Origin: Ostreococcus lucimarinus
Taxonomy: Eukaryota
NCBI GenBank assembly: GCA_000092065.1
Contig: CP000595.1
Strand: one strand, 5' to 3'
DNA length: 64,000 nt
Under the pieces are notes generated by a model. That model was not told where the DNA came from. It worked only from the letters and a program-made list of their open reading frames with translations, and did not search any database. The position numbers were made by a program, and so were the translations under genes. How positions within the stretch are numbered: the first letter of the stretch is position 1; each line of letters starts with the position of its first letter. Shown here piece by piece: positions 1-10,406 of the stretch.

Positions 1-186
1 GTCCAGCCACCACAGCGGCACGGGCGCGCGATGCTCCTTCGGGACGTCGGCGCGACCGTTTGAATCCTTCTTCGCCTTGGGACCGATGACTTCCGGGCCG
101 ACCGTCGCCGCGCCCCACGCGAACTCCACCGTGACCGCGTGTTCGCGCGCTAAGAAATCATCGATGTCGTAGTAATCCCGCCGCAT
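1..186 (-). CDS. Partial 5' end of a minus-strand gene that continues past the window start. Possible GINS complex Psf2-like N-terminus (MRRDYYDIDDFLAREHAVTVEF...VPLWWLD).
   Basis: In-frame ATG (CAT on + at 184-186). The open frame runs to position 1. The FLAxxxVTvEF...PLW pattern resembles the Psf2 N-terminus. No domain search was possible. Confidence 0.35.
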   Translation of the reverse strand, partial: MRRDYYDIDDFLAREHAVTVEFAWGAATVGPEVIGPKAKKDSNGRADVPKEHRAPVPLWWLD

Positions 187-269
187 CTCGCCCGCGCGAT
201 CGACGCGCGCGTCGCGAAGTGTCGCCGAGCCGTCGCGCGCCGTCCCGAAAAGCGCACCGGCCGCACACG

Positions 270-917
270 ATGACGCCCGCAGACGTCGAAGCGACGTCGT
301 TCGACGACGTCGACGCGCTCGTGTTCGACTGCGATGGAACGCTGATCGACACCATGGGATTGTTTTACGTCGCCGACGTCCGGGCGTGCGACGAGGTCGG
401 GGTGAAGATGTCGAAGGGGACGTTTTACGAGCTCGCGGGCGTCCCCATACGGGACATATTCCGTAAACTGTGCGTCGAACAGGGCGCGGCGAGCGACGAC
501 GCGACGCTGGACGCGATGGTGCGGTCGTGCGGCGCGCACGCGCGCGCGCTCGGGCCGCCGAAGGCGATCGAGTGCGTCGTGGAGGTGGCGAGGAACGCGA
601 AGGCGCGCGGGAAACGCGTCGCCGTGGCGTCGAGCGGCGTCAAGACGACCGTGCTCGAGCACCTCGAGCACCACGGATTATTAGATTTATTCGAAGTCGT
701 CGTCACGTGCGAGGACGTGACGCGCGGGAAGCCCGCGCCGGATCTGTACGCGCTCGCGGCGGAAAAATTAGGCGTCGCGCCCGAGCGGTGCTGCGCGTAC
801 GAGGACGCCGTCCTCGGCGTGGAGAGCGCGCGCGCCGCGGGGTACAAGCGCGTCGTGGACGTTCGCGCGATGTCTGGGTACCATCCGACGGATTATTTAT
901 GCTCGAACGAGCCGTAG
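270..917 (+). CDS. HAD-superfamily hydrolase (beta-phosphoglucomutase-like)
   Basis: Motif I LVFDCDGTLIDT, a conserved Ser/Thr block (VAVASSG) and GKPAPD. The track ORF starts with GTG at 219; the first in-frame ATG is at 270. Confidence 0.7.
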   Translation: MTPADVEATSFDDVDALVFDCDGTLIDTMGLFYVADVRACDEVGVKMSKGTFYELAGVPIRDIFRKLCVEQGAASDDATLDAMVRSCGAHARALGPPKAIECVVEVARNAKARGKRVAVASSGVKTTVLEHLEHHGLLDLFEVVVTCEDVTRGKPAPDLYALAAEKLGVAPERCCAYEDAVLGVESARAAGYKRVVDVRAMSGYHPTDYLCSNEP

Positions 918-982
918 CGCGCGCTGTATTCTTTCCCTCGCGTCTCGCGTTCCTTCGTCGGCGGCACACCTCGACGCGAGCG

Positions 983-1927
983 ATGCGCGCGGCCGCGGCG
1001 TCCGTCGTCGCCGTTCGCGTCCTCGCGCGCGCGTCGTCCTCGCGCGCGCGCGCGTCGTTCTCGCGCGCGCGCGCGATGTCGCGCGCGTCGCCGACGTTCG
1101 TGGACACGCACGCGCACGTCGACGTCGTGCTGGATAAACTCGGCCTGCCCTCCGCGGATGCGTACCTCGAGTACGCCGACGCGTTCGCGCGCGAGCACGG
1201 CGCCGCGGCCGCGCTCGAGGCGTGCGTCACGATCGGATGCTCGGAGAAGAGCCTCGCGAGCGCGGCGGCGGTCGTGGACGGGAGCGAGAGAATGTTCGGC
1301 GCGTACGGGTGTCACCCGCTGAGCGCGCGAGAGTGGACGAGGACGAGGACGCGCGTTCGCGAGATGTTGACCACGGGCGCGCGCGTCGTCGCGGTCGGAG
1401 AGACGGGATTGGATTATCACAGGATCCGCGACGACGCGGAGGACGGGGAGGACGCGGAGGCGTACAAGACGACGCAAAGGGACGCGTTCGCGGAGCAAAT
1501 GCGCTTGGCGACGGAACTCGGGCTGCCGCTCATCGTGCACACGCGAGAGGCCGAGACGGACACCGTCGCGATGATGAAGGAACATTTACCCGCGGACGCG
1601 CGCGTGCACGTGCACTGCTTCACGTCGAGCGTCGGGATGGCGATGGAATTGTTGCGCGCGTTTCCAAATTTGTGCCTCGGCTTCACCGGCGTATCGACGT
1701 TTAAAAACGGGCAGGACGTTCGCGACACGATCAAAGAGGTACCGCTCGATCGCATTTTGCTCGAAACCGACTCGCCGTACATGGCGCCGGTTCCATTCAG
1801 AGGGCAAACGTGCCACCCCGCGATGGGCGAGCGCGTCGCGCACGCCGTCGCCGCCGTGCACGAAGTCGACGTCGAGGAAGTCTTCGCGCGATGCCGCGAG
1901 AACACGAGGCGCGTGTACGGCATTTAA
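983..1927 (+). CDS. TatD-family metal-dependent hydrolase (DNase-like)
   Basis: FVDTHAHVD, GETGLDYHR, LPLIVHTREA, VHCFTSS and ILLETDSPY blocks. The track ORF 470..1927 overlaps the HAD gene in another frame upstream of 983, so the start was moved to the ATG at 983. The N-terminus is Ala/Arg/Ser-rich and presequence-like. Confidence 0.8.
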   Translation: MRAAAASVVAVRVLARASSSRARASFSRARAMSRASPTFVDTHAHVDVVLDKLGLPSADAYLEYADAFAREHGAAAALEACVTIGCSEKSLASAAAVVDGSERMFGAYGCHPLSAREWTRTRTRVREMLTTGARVVAVGETGLDYHRIRDDAEDGEDAEAYKTTQRDAFAEQMRLATELGLPLIVHTREAETDTVAMMKEHLPADARVHVHCFTSSVGMAMELLRAFPNLCLGFTGVSTFKNGQDVRDTIKEVPLDRILLETDSPYMAPVPFRGQTCHPAMGERVAHAVAAVHEVDVEEVFARCRENTRRVYGI

Positions 1928-1985
1928 GTGTATTCCTAGAACCATCAGCCATTGCATCCGATTCATCATTAACCGTAATCTTTCG

Positions 1986-2027
1986 CCGCGTCCCGCGTTC
2001 GCGTCCCGCGTTCGCGTCCCGCGCGGC
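1986..2027. repeat. Tandem ~13-bp GC repeat (gcgtcccgcgttc x~3) in the intergenic spacer
   Basis: Direct repeat visible between the TatD stop and the bestrophin-like start. Confidence 0.6.
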
Positions 2028-2051
2028 ATTCCGCGCCCCTCGGCCGTCGTC

Positions 2052-3161
2052 ATGCCGCGCCCGCGCCTCGTCGAGACCATGCTCGACGCCGACAACGCGT
2101 CCACGCGCGCGCGCGCCTTCGAACGCGGCGCGACGCTCCAGCCCGAATACGATTCGTTCTCTTGGCTCAAGACTGCGCTCCTCGCGACGCCTCGCGCGCG
2201 CGGCTTGCGCGCGTTCGCCTGGCCCTGGCTCTGTATCAACGGCGTGAGCGTGTTGTGGACGTCGCTCTACGAGCTCGCGCTGCCCAAGCGGACGTCGTCG
2301 CTCGGAAGCTTCGGCATGGTGTACCAGCTCGTGTTCTCGACGATGGGATTTCTGTTGGTTTTTCGGTTGAGCCGAGCGGCGGTGCGGTTCTGGGATTGCC
2401 GCGCGGCGTTCGGGAACTTTAACGTCGGCGTGCGAAGGCTCGTGGACGTGGCGCTGGTGCACGGGAAAGGACGAGACGCGCGGGCGCTGGATGATGTGTG
2501 CGCGTGGGCGTGCGCGTTCGTCGTGGCGAGTAAACAGTTTTTGCGAGGCGTGAAGACGATTTCGGCGGAGGAGGTGATGGGGATTCTGAGCGACGATGAC
2601 CGGAAGCGAGTGGAGAACGCGAGACATCCGCCGTTGTATTGCGCGTCGATGCTCAGACGGGCGATTCATCGCGCGTTCGGGGTGGATGAGAAAGGCGGGA
2701 CGACGAGCGATACGATTCGACTCGAGTCGCGCTTGCGGCAGTTGCACGAGCAGTGTGATTTTTTAATCACCAACGAGGGCGCGTTAGAGCGATTGCGAGG
2801 GACCAAGTTGCCGATGATCTACGTGATGCATTTGAGAACGTTTTTAATGGCGTATTGCGTCTCTATGCCGTTCGTGTTCGTAAACCAGTGGCGCTGGGGG
2901 ACAATCGTCGCCGTCGCCGTCGTGTCCTTCGCGCTGTTGGGCATCGAGGGCGCGGCGACGGAGTGCGAGATTCCATTCTCTGCCGACCACGCGAATCACT
3001 TGCGGATGGATCAGTACGCGCAAGCGTGTCTTTTGAGCGTTGGTGCGTACTTGGCGTGGAACGAGCGGCTCGAGGGAGCAAACGATTTCGGTCATCGCGA
3101 GGGCAACGTCTCGTGCGCGTCGCTCGAAGATTTAGTCATCGACGTCGATACGAACGTCTAG
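2052..3161 (+). CDS. Bestrophin-like / UPF0187 anion-channel family protein
   Basis: The RFWDCRAAFGN and ...EIPFSADHANHL blocks match bestrophin/UPF0187 signatures. Several TM segments. ATG at 2052. Confidence 0.7.
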   Translation: MPRPRLVETMLDADNASTRARAFERGATLQPEYDSFSWLKTALLATPRARGLRAFAWPWLCINGVSVLWTSLYELALPKRTSSLGSFGMVYQLVFSTMGFLLVFRLSRAAVRFWDCRAAFGNFNVGVRRLVDVALVHGKGRDARALDDVCAWACAFVVASKQFLRGVKTISAEEVMGILSDDDRKRVENARHPPLYCASMLRRAIHRAFGVDEKGGTTSDTIRLESRLRQLHEQCDFLITNEGALERLRGTKLPMIYVMHLRTFLMAYCVSMPFVFVNQWRWGTIVAVAVVSFALLGIEGAATECEIPFSADHANHLRMDQYAQACLLSVGAYLAWNERLEGANDFGHREGNVSCASLEDLVIDVDTNV

Positions 3162-3228
3162 AGCACCTGAATGTCGGTAGAAGTATACTTATTATTAAAC
3201 GCAAGAGCATGCAAGAGCGCGCGCGCGA

Positions 3229-4383
3229 TCACTTGGCGAAGCCGCCGTAGATTTCTTTGACGTTCTCGATCGCGTACACTTCGCCGTGTTCGGGGAGGAC
3301 GCCAAAGGACAAATCAAACGACACGACGCCGCAGTTGACGATTTTCTTCTTCTTTCCCGGGCACGTCGAGTCGAAGGGTAAATACGTCTTGAAGAACTCG
3401 CGGAACCAGATGGAGTGACCGCCGGCGATGACGACGTCGGCGTCCTGATTCATCACCCACGCGGCGAACTCTCGCATGGAGTCGCGGCCTTTTCGGTTGA
3501 GCTTCTTCTGACCGGCGTTCGACGACGCGTCGAAGAGTTTAGCTTCGTCGACGCTGGACACGCCGAGTTCTTTCGCGAGCGTTTGTGTCGGCACAAAATC
3601 GCCCTTCTTACACGCCAACGCATACGTGTCGACGTTGCGCGCCATCTCTTGCAAAGCGCTGTGAATGATTATTTTATCGTTCGCCTTCGCGTTCGACAAC
3701 CGGCACCACAGCGCGTGCGCAGTGGTGTTCACCGCTCGCCGCAAATTACTGCTCGCGATGACCGATTTACCTCGAAGCCCCAACATGACGTCCACGACGT
3801 CACCGACGTATCCTTTCGTCTGGCTCTTCGCCGCGCGAGACGCCGATTCCGTCGCGAAGTGCGCGCGCAGCGCCTGCGCCTGCGCCACCCCCGTCGCGCT
3901 CAGCGGCGAATCCAAAAAAAACGAATCTCGCGCGAAAAACTTCCCCAGCTCCGCGATGACGCCCCCGATCAGTCGCACTGGAAACGTGTGATCAAACTTT
4001 CGATTGAACACCTCGTTCCACGTGCTCTCACCGTGTCGAATGAAGACGACGGTGCGCGTCTTCGTCGCCCGCGTCGCCAGCGTCTTCGGGTCCACCTTCG
4101 ACCGCTTCCATCGCTTCTCATCGCTCGCCACCAGGTGCGCGTTCGCGCGCACCGCGTCGTGCACCTTTCGCACGCCGCGTTTCGCGCGCTTATCGACGAG
4201 CGACGCGCAGAGCAGGGCGCCGTACGCGGTGAGCAGCGCGCGCAGAATCATCGCAATCGTCGCCGCGCGCGCCCCGCTCGTCGCGCTCGAGCCCGCGTCC
4301 GCGAACCGCAGCGCGCCGAACAGCGCGTCCGCGAGCGCGCGCGCGATCGAACGCTCGATCGGCGGCGGCGCGCGCGAGAACAT
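3229..4383 (-). CDS. Histidine phosphatase superfamily (phosphoglycerate-mutase-like) protein with an N-terminal TM/presequence
   Basis: The catalytic RHGESTWN motif sits in VVFIRHGESTWNEV. ATG confirmed at 4383. Confidence 0.7.
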   Translation of the reverse strand: MFSRAPPPIERSIARALADALFGALRFADAGSSATSGARAATIAMILRALLTAYGALLCASLVDKRAKRGVRKVHDAVRANAHLVASDEKRWKRSKVDPKTLATRATKTRTVVFIRHGESTWNEVFNRKFDHTFPVRLIGGVIAELGKFFARDSFFLDSPLSATGVAQAQALRAHFATESASRAAKSQTKGYVGDVVDVMLGLRGKSVIASSNLRRAVNTTAHALWCRLSNAKANDKIIIHSALQEMARNVDTYALACKKGDFVPTQTLAKELGVSSVDEAKLFDASSNAGQKKLNRKGRDSMREFAAWVMNQDADVVIAGGHSIWFREFFKTYLPFDSTCPGKKKKIVNCGVVSFDLSFGVLPEHGEVYAIENVKEIYGGFAK

Positions 4384-4505
4384 GCGCGTCGAAGAGTGCC
4401 GCGGTCGTCTGCCGTCGTCCTTCGTCCTTCGTCATTCGCCGACGGCCGTCGACGCGACGCTCGACGGTTCGCGCGACGCGCGCGACGCGCGCGCGGCGAC
4501 GCGCG

Positions 4506-5441
4506 ATGCCCGAGCGACGCGCGGACGCGCGCGGGCGGCGCGCGCGGACGATTGTATCCGTCGTTCGCGATGGCTGTCGTCGCTTCATCGCGCGCGCGCT
4601 CCGCGCCGGCCCGATCCCGCGGCACGTGGCGGTGATCATGGATGGGAATCGTCGGTTCGCTTGCGCGAGCGGCGTGGCGCTGGCGCGCGGGCACGCGCGC
4701 GGCGCGGACGTGCTCAGGGAGGCGTGCGCGTGGTGCTTCGAGCTCGGCGTGGAGACGCTGAGCGTCTACGCGCTGAGCACGGAGAATTTCAAGCGCTCGG
4801 AGCGCGAGCTCGAGGCGTTGTTCGATTTGGCGTGCGGGGAAATCGGAACGCTGATCGACGACGAAGGGTTGCGACTTAGAGAGGCGCGCGTGCACGTGAG
4901 CGGGGATTTGGACGCGCTGCCGAAGCGCGTGCGAGACAAGGCGAAGGAGGCGATGGAAAAGACGAAGGATAATCGAGGACCGATGTTGAACGTGTGCATG
5001 GCGTACACGGGGCGAGAGGATATCGCGCGCGCGGTGATGAAGACGCGGGAAGACGTCCGGGGAGGAGCGTTGGACGCGAGCGAGGTGGACGAACGCGCGG
5101 TGGCGTCGCGATTGCACGGCGCCGAGCGGGAAATCGAGCTCGGAGCAGGCATGCCGGAGGTTGATTTGCTCGTGCGCACGAGCGGGGAAACGCGGTTGAG
5201 CGATTTTATGCTCTTCAACGCGCGATTCGCGAAGTTGGTGTTCGTGGAGGTGTTGTGGCCGGATTTCACGTTTATGGATTTTGTGCACGCGGTTTGGCAG
5301 TATCAGCTCGGGGCGAAGGATTTGAAACGGTCGAGACAGGCGTACGGCGACGCGAATGCGATCGAGGCGGAATCTGCCGTCGTCGCCGAGGTTCGCGTTC
5401 AGCCGGGGCGCGTGGCGAAAGGGGCGAAGCGTAGTGTGTAG
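4506..5441 (+). CDS. cis-Prenyltransferase (dehydrodolichyl-diphosphate / undecaprenyl-diphosphate synthase family)
   Basis: HVAVIMDGNRRFA, SVYALSTENFKRS and RTSGETRLSDFMLFN blocks. ATG at 4506. Confidence 0.85.
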   Translation: MPERRADARGRRARTIVSVVRDGCRRFIARALRAGPIPRHVAVIMDGNRRFACASGVALARGHARGADVLREACAWCFELGVETLSVYALSTENFKRSERELEALFDLACGEIGTLIDDEGLRLREARVHVSGDLDALPKRVRDKAKEAMEKTKDNRGPMLNVCMAYTGREDIARAVMKTREDVRGGALDASEVDERAVASRLHGAEREIELGAGMPEVDLLVRTSGETRLSDFMLFNARFAKLVFVEVLWPDFTFMDFVHAVWQYQLGAKDLKRSRQAYGDANAIEAESAVVAEVRVQPGRVAKGAKRSV

Positions 5442-5542
5442 TCTAGTTTGTGTGCAATTGTAGTTGTTAGATGATGATTCGCGACGACGAGGGATGTACG
5501 TGACGCGCGAACCCGTCGCACTCGTCGACGCGCGCTCGGTCG

Positions 5543-7054
5543 ATGCGCGCGAGTCTCTTGCGCGCGACGACAGTTGTTCTCCTGTTATATGCATCGACCG
5601 TGGCGAACGCGGCGTCGCTTAATGCTTTCGGTCAGGACGGTTTGTTTGAGTTCGACACCGTGACGGTTGCCATCCCATCCGCGTCGGCTCGCGAGGGAGG
5701 GGAAATCGTCGTCACGCATCCCACGGGCGTGATGGATGAACCCGCGCCGCTCGTGCTCTTCATGTTTCCAATACACGGTTTTCCGTTCTCGACATGGCGA
5801 ACGCTCATGGCGAACGTCATTCGCGCGCTTGCGTCCAACGGCTTTGCCGTCGCGACGCCGGCGAGTATCGACCCGAACGGGAATCGCCCGATCCAAGGAG
5901 GCATGTTCCCAGGAACCACTTCGACGGTGAGCGGCATCGATCTTCGCGAGATGGCGACGCGCTATCTGAATTTTTTCACGCACGCGAGCAGGTACTTGGT
6001 CGACCTCGCGCAGTCGGATCCGAGCTTCGCGTTGCACGGCAAGCTCGATACGTCTCGCATCGGCACGATGGGCTTCAGCGTCGGCGGCGCTCTATCGCAA
6101 TACCTCGCTCAGCGGCTAGATGCGGAGCTCCCCGGAAGAGTGGTAGCAGAAGTCGCGCTCGCGCCTACCATCGGCACGGAAGTTCCCTTCACAGGCGTCG
6201 ACGACATCGGCGCCGAATTGTTTCGCGAGTTCGCGAGCTCGATGACGGTCCCAACCGTCTTTGTCGCCGGAGAAAACGATGGAATGGGTGGTCTGCGAGA
6301 TTCGGCGATTTACTACGACCAATCGCGCGCACCGAGAGTGCGTGTGACTGCTGGTAATGGCGCCACGCATTGTCACGCCATCGTGCCGATGAGCGAATGC
6401 GATCTCGTTCAAGGCACCAGAGGTTTACAGAGCTTGGACTCCATCATCGCGCACGCGATGATGACGCTGTATCTTCGGCCAGACACGCCACGTTGGCGCG
6501 ACGAACGTGAGTTAGCGACGGAAATCATATGGCGTGATGGTCTCGAGGCGCTTCACGCGCAAATGGTGACGCCGCTCGCGCCGCCGAACCGCGCGTGGGA
6601 GATTAGAAAAGTCGAACGCGATCCCGAGTTGTCTTTGACGATGAACGCGTATTCGGTCGCCGCACCGCTCGCGCCGCAATCGGTCGAGCTCATCGCTGTG
6701 GTGCGTTCATCGTCGCGCGCCGACGAATGCGACGAAGTGCAGGTGACGGTGGAGAACGTTCCAGTCGGCATCGAGGCGACGGTGACGCGATTATCGCCGA
6801 CAGAGTTTGGAGTCGACGTGCGATGGACGACGGTGCCACAGCGCGCGCGCGGCGCACAAACGCGACAGTTTCTCGGAAACTTGCTCAACGCGAGATCAAA
6901 CAGGCGTCCAGTCCAGGTGTCGAGCGAGTTCGGACCTCGCGTCGGCTTCGCCGCGCCCTCGCAGAGCGTGTTGACGATTCAGGCGAAACACGCGTGCGTG
7001 CGATCCGGCTTCGCCTTCGCGGACGTCTTCGTGAACCAGCCGTACGCGTATTGA
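5543..7054 (+). CDS. Secreted alpha/beta-hydrolase-fold protein (chlorophyllase / PAF-acetylhydrolase-like, tentative)
   Basis: N-terminal signal peptide MRASLLRATTVVLLLYASTVANA. PLVLFMFPIHGF...ASNGFAVATP and a GxSxG-like MGFSVGG nucleophile elbow. ATG at 5543. Confidence 0.5.
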   Translation: MRASLLRATTVVLLLYASTVANAASLNAFGQDGLFEFDTVTVAIPSASAREGGEIVVTHPTGVMDEPAPLVLFMFPIHGFPFSTWRTLMANVIRALASNGFAVATPASIDPNGNRPIQGGMFPGTTSTVSGIDLREMATRYLNFFTHASRYLVDLAQSDPSFALHGKLDTSRIGTMGFSVGGALSQYLAQRLDAELPGRVVAEVALAPTIGTEVPFTGVDDIGAELFREFASSMTVPTVFVAGENDGMGGLRDSAIYYDQSRAPRVRVTAGNGATHCHAIVPMSECDLVQGTRGLQSLDSIIAHAMMTLYLRPDTPRWRDERELATEIIWRDGLEALHAQMVTPLAPPNRAWEIRKVERDPELSLTMNAYSVAAPLAPQSVELIAVVRSSSRADECDEVQVTVENVPVGIEATVTRLSPTEFGVDVRWTTVPQRARGAQTRQFLGNLLNARSNRRPVQVSSEFGPRVGFAAPSQSVLTIQAKHACVRSGFAFADVFVNQPYAY

Positions 7055-7142
7055 TGAGACGCAAATGATATAAAGTGGCATCACAACATCATAATTTCAC
7101 ACGCGCGCGCCGCTCGCCTAACGAATGTGGTGCCTAAAAGAC

Positions 7143-8021
7143 TCAATTATCGACGCCGACTCGCCCGTCGAATCCGTCGAGCGCCCCCCCCCACGAATCG
7201 ACCGGCGGTAACTCCACCGCGAATCGATTGAACGGCACGCGCCCGGTGCCCGACGAGCGCACTCGACCGTCCATTCGCAACCCAACGTAAACCCCTTTAT
7301 CGTCGCTCACCTTTGACATCTTCTTCTGTTCCGCGACCCACTCCAACCAATCGTTCGCGCGCAGCGGCGTGCATCGAAACTTGCGATCCTCGGCGCTCGG
7401 CGCCTCGATCGCGCCGTCTCCTCGAATCACCGGCACCACGAGCACCCCGCGCTCGATCAACGCCTCCCTGACGTCCTCCGCGTCCTCCAGCGCGGTTCGC
7501 GCGTACGCCTCGTCCCCGCTCACCACGACTACCCTCGAAAACGACCGCAAATCCTCCAACCGCACCGTCTTCCCCCCCGCGAGCTCCACCCGCAATCGCC
7601 CCAACCTCTCCTCGCGCCCGATCCTCGCCATCTGTCGCTCGCGCGCCGCCTCCTCTCGCGCGTACAGCCACGCGAACGTCGCCAGCGCCGCGCCGTCGAT
7701 CGCCAAATTCTCCAGCGATCCCTCCAGCGGCGGCGCGTTCGGCGCCCCCGCCGCCTTCGTCGCCGCCTGGATCGTCGCGATCCCGAATCCGATCGTCGCC
7801 GACGCCGCGCACGCGCCGTAGAGGAACTGTCGAGCCACGCGAAACGGCGCCTGCGCCTCGCTTCGCAGTTTCGTCTCGTTCGAGTACCGCGCGTCGTCGT
7901 CCTCGAGCGCGCGTCGCGGCGTCGTCGTCGCGCGTCGCGCCGGCCGTCGCGCCGCGCGTCGCGCCGTCGGTCGCGCCGCCGGTCGCGCGCTCGACCGCGC
8001 CGGCGCCGTCGCCATCGCCAT
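7143..8021 (-). CDS. Plastid-targeted conserved protein of unknown function
   Basis: The track ORF 7143..8918 is extended upstream by low-complexity sequence. I start at the [10 protein letters not shown] (8021), which is followed by an Ala/Arg/Thr-rich transit-peptide-like region. The C-terminal 200 aa have normal protein composition. A C9 run lies in the coding sequence at 7184..7192. Confidence 0.5.
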   Translation of the reverse strand: MAMATAPARSSARPAARPTARRAARRPARRATTTPRRALEDDDARYSNETKLRSEAQAPFRVARQFLYGACAASATIGFGIATIQAATKAAGAPNAPPLEGSLENLAIDGAALATFAWLYAREEAARERQMARIGREERLGRLRVELAGGKTVRLEDLRSFSRVVVVSGDEAYARTALEDAEDVREALIERGVLVVPVIRGDGAIEAPSAEDRKFRCTPLRANDWLEWVAEQKKMSKVSDDKGVYVGLRMDGRVRSSGTGRVPFNRFAVELPPVDSWGGALDGFDGRVGVDN

Positions 8022-8262
8022 CGCCGCGCGTCGTCGTCCCCCGTCGACGCAGTGCGCGGTCTTCGAGCATCGTACCCGGTCCGTGTTTTTAATCGACGAA
8101 CCGCGAGACTCGGGTTCGAATCCCACGATCCGCGTCAGCGTCGCGGACGCGCGACACCGCCGCGACGACGCGACGCCGCGACGACGCGCGCGCGCGACGC
8201 GACGCGCGCGCCGACGACGACGACGACCGCGACGACGACGACCGCGCGCGAATCTCGACGCG

Positions 8263-10224
8263 ATGGCGCGCGGCGCGGCGACGACGCGCGGCGTCGCATC
8301 CGACGCGGCGACGACGACGGGACGCGCGCGACGCGCGCGAATGGCGCGGCGCGGCGTCGCGCGCGCGACGCGAGGACGCGCGGCGATGACGACGACGGAG
8401 GACGAGGACGCGCGCGCGGCGCGGTTGGAGGCGCTCAGGGCGAAGTCGGTGGAGCTGCTGGAGAAGCGGCGCGCGCTGACGGAGAGGTTGGAACGGCGAC
8501 GCGCGGCGCGGGAAGAGAAGAGCGCGTACGGGGGGGGGGGGAAGCCGGCGTTCGAGGACGCGTCGGCGTTCGTGGAGCGCGCGGGAAGCGGGGGGGGTGG
8601 GACGGCGTCGGAGGCGGCGGTCGCGGAGGCGGCGGTCGCGGAGGCGGCGGTCGCGGAGGCGGCGGCGGTCGCGGCGGCGGCGGCGGAAGCGGAGGCGGAA
8701 CGTGAAGCGCCGGCGGCGCCGAAATGTCGAGAGCGGCTGAACATCATCATGGTCGCGAGCGAGTGCGCGCCGTTTAGTAAGACTGGCGGTCTTGGTGACG
8801 TCATGCAGTCGCTTCCGAAGGCGCTCGCCGGGCGAGGCCATCGCGTGATGGTCGTCGCGCCGAGGTATAAAGAGTACGAAGAAGTGTACGACACCGACGT
8901 TCGGTTGACGTTAAACATTCTCGGGAGTCAAGTGGAGGTTGGGTACTTTCACTCGTACCGCGATGGGGTGGATTTTGTGTTCGTCGATCACGGCGCCTAT
9001 CACTTTGTGCGCGACAACATTTACGCGGGCGAACGCTCGGACGCGATGTTTCGCAACGCGATGCTGTGTCAAGCCGCTTTAGAGGCGGTGTGGCACGTGC
9101 CGTGCGGAGGTGTGCCGTATGGAGATGAAAATTTAATATTCGTCGCCAACGATTGGCACGCGGCGTTGCTTCCGGTGTACTTGCAGGCGTACTATCGCGA
9201 TCACGGCAAGTTTGAGTTCGCGCGCTCGTGCTTCGTTATTCACAACATGGCGCACCAGGGTCGCGGACCTTTAGTCGAATTCAACAACTTGCAGCTTCCA
9301 GATCATTACAAGCACCACTTCTTGCTCGACGATCCGATGGGCGGTGAATGCATGAACATCATGCAAGCCGGATTGCGTCTCGCCACCAAAGTCATCGCCG
9401 TGAGCGAAGGGTACGCGTGGGAGATCACGACGGACATGGGCGGCTGGGGGCTCGCGCCGACGATTCGCGAATTCGGCGAGCACAAGCTCAGTGGCATCGT
9501 CAACGGCATCGACTTGAACGAGTGGTCGCCCGACATTGATCATCATTTGGACGGCGACGGATACGCGAGATACGAGCCGCGCGCCGGCGCGTTTGAGGAC
9601 GGCAAGCGCGCGTGCAAACTCGCGCTTCAGCGCCAACTCGGGTTGGCCGAACGCGAAGACGTGCCTATTTTAGCATTCATCGGGCGTCTCGATGACCAGA
9701 AAGGCGTAGACTTGATCGCCGAAGCTGAAGGATGGTTGATGAGCCAAGACGTGCAACTCATCATGTTGGGCAGCGGGCGGGGCGATTTGGAAGACGCTCT
9801 GCGGGGGATGGAGAGCCGACATCACGACAAATGTCGCGCCTGGGTTGGGTTTTCGGTGCAAATGGCGCATCGAATCACCGCCGGGGCGGACATTCTGTTG
9901 ATGCCCTCCCGATTCGAGCCGTGCGGATTGAACCAACTGTACGCGATGCGGTACGGCACCGTGCCCGTCGTCCACGCCGTCGGCGGCTTACGAGACACGG
10001 TGAAGCAATACGACCCGTTCAATGACACCGGTAACGGTTGGACTTTTGATAGCGCGGAAACGAACAAGCTCATCGACGCCATGGGCCACGCGATTACAAC
10101 CTATCGCGATCACCGGGACGCGTTTCGCCGTATTCAAGCGCGCGGTTTCGAGCGCGATTTGGGTTGGGATCGCGCCGCCGAGCTCTACGAAGACCGTTTC
10201 ATCGACGCCAAGTACTCGTGGTGA
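8263..10224 (+). CDS. Starch synthase (GT5, ADP-glucose dependent), plastid-targeted
   Basis: KTGGLGDV motif ([19 protein letters not shown]) and a GT1-type C-terminal domain ([26 protein letters not shown]). N-terminal transit peptide plus a coiled-coil. Start moved to the ATG at 8263. Confidence 0.85.
   Translation: MARGAATTRGVASDAATTTGRARRARMARRGVARATRGRAAMTTTEDEDARAARLEALRAKSVELLEKRRALTERLERRRAAREEKSAYGGGGKPAFEDASAFVERAGSGGGGTASEAAVAEAAVAEAAVAEAAAVAAAAAEAEAEREAPAAPKCRERLNIIMVASECAPFSKTGGLGDVMQSLPKALAGRGHRVMVVAPRYKEYEEVYDTDVRLTLNILGSQVEVGYFHSYRDGVDFVFVDHGAYHFVRDNIYAGERSDAMFRNAMLCQAALEAVWHVPCGGVPYGDENLIFVANDWHAALLPVYLQAYYRDHGKFEFARSCFVIHNMAHQGRGPLVEFNNLQLPDHYKHHFLLDDPMGGECMNIMQAGLRLATKVIAVSEGYAWEITTDMGGWGLAPTIREFGEHKLSGIVNGIDLNEWSPDIDHHLDGDGYARYEPRAGAFEDGKRACKLALQRQLGLAEREDVPILAFIGRLDDQKGVDLIAEAEGWLMSQDVQLIMLGSGRGDLEDALRGMESRHHDKCRAWVGFSVQMAHRITAGADILLMPSRFEPCGLNQLYAMRYGTVPVVHAVGGLRDTVKQYDPFNDTGNGWTFDSAETNKLIDAMGHAITTYRDHRDAFRRIQARGFERDLGWDRAAELYEDRFIDAKYSW
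8611..8672 (+). repeat. 15-bp tandem repeat (gaggcggcggtcgcg x~4) inside the starch-synthase CDS
   Basis: Direct repeats encoding [17 protein letters not shown]12 homopolymer lies nearby at 8530..8541. Confidence 0.7.
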
Positions 10225-10406
10225 TCACGTCGTCTCGTTTTACCCTTGTAACGCACGCGACAGCGTTTCTAGCCACGCGTCTCGTTCCGTCGCCCGACGT
10301 TCGCGTCTCGCTCGCCTCCGCGCGGCGTCAACCCTCCGCGCGGCGCGTGCCACTCCCCGCACACGCCCGCGCGTCCGTCGTCGCACCGCGCGCGCGGTTC
10401 GGCGAC

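Noticed and set aside
470-982. N-terminal 171 codons of the 470..1927 track ORF
   Set aside because: They overlap the HAD hydrolase gene in another frame and are Arg/Gly-rich. TatD homology begins only after the ATG at 983.
8112-8124. GGGTTCGAATCCC tRNA T-arm-like sequence, suggesting a tRNA gene
   Set aside because: Only three T-stem base pairs are possible. No complementary 7-bp acceptor stem is found 60-70 nt upstream. No anticodon arm. The nearby TTTTT lies upstream rather than downstream. Treated as a chance or relic motif.
8022-8918. Upstream 300 codons of the 7143..8918 track ORF
   Set aside because: Low-complexity Ala/Arg/Ser run reading through the divergent promoter and the starch-synthase 5' region. 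The protein-like part starts at the ATG at 8021.
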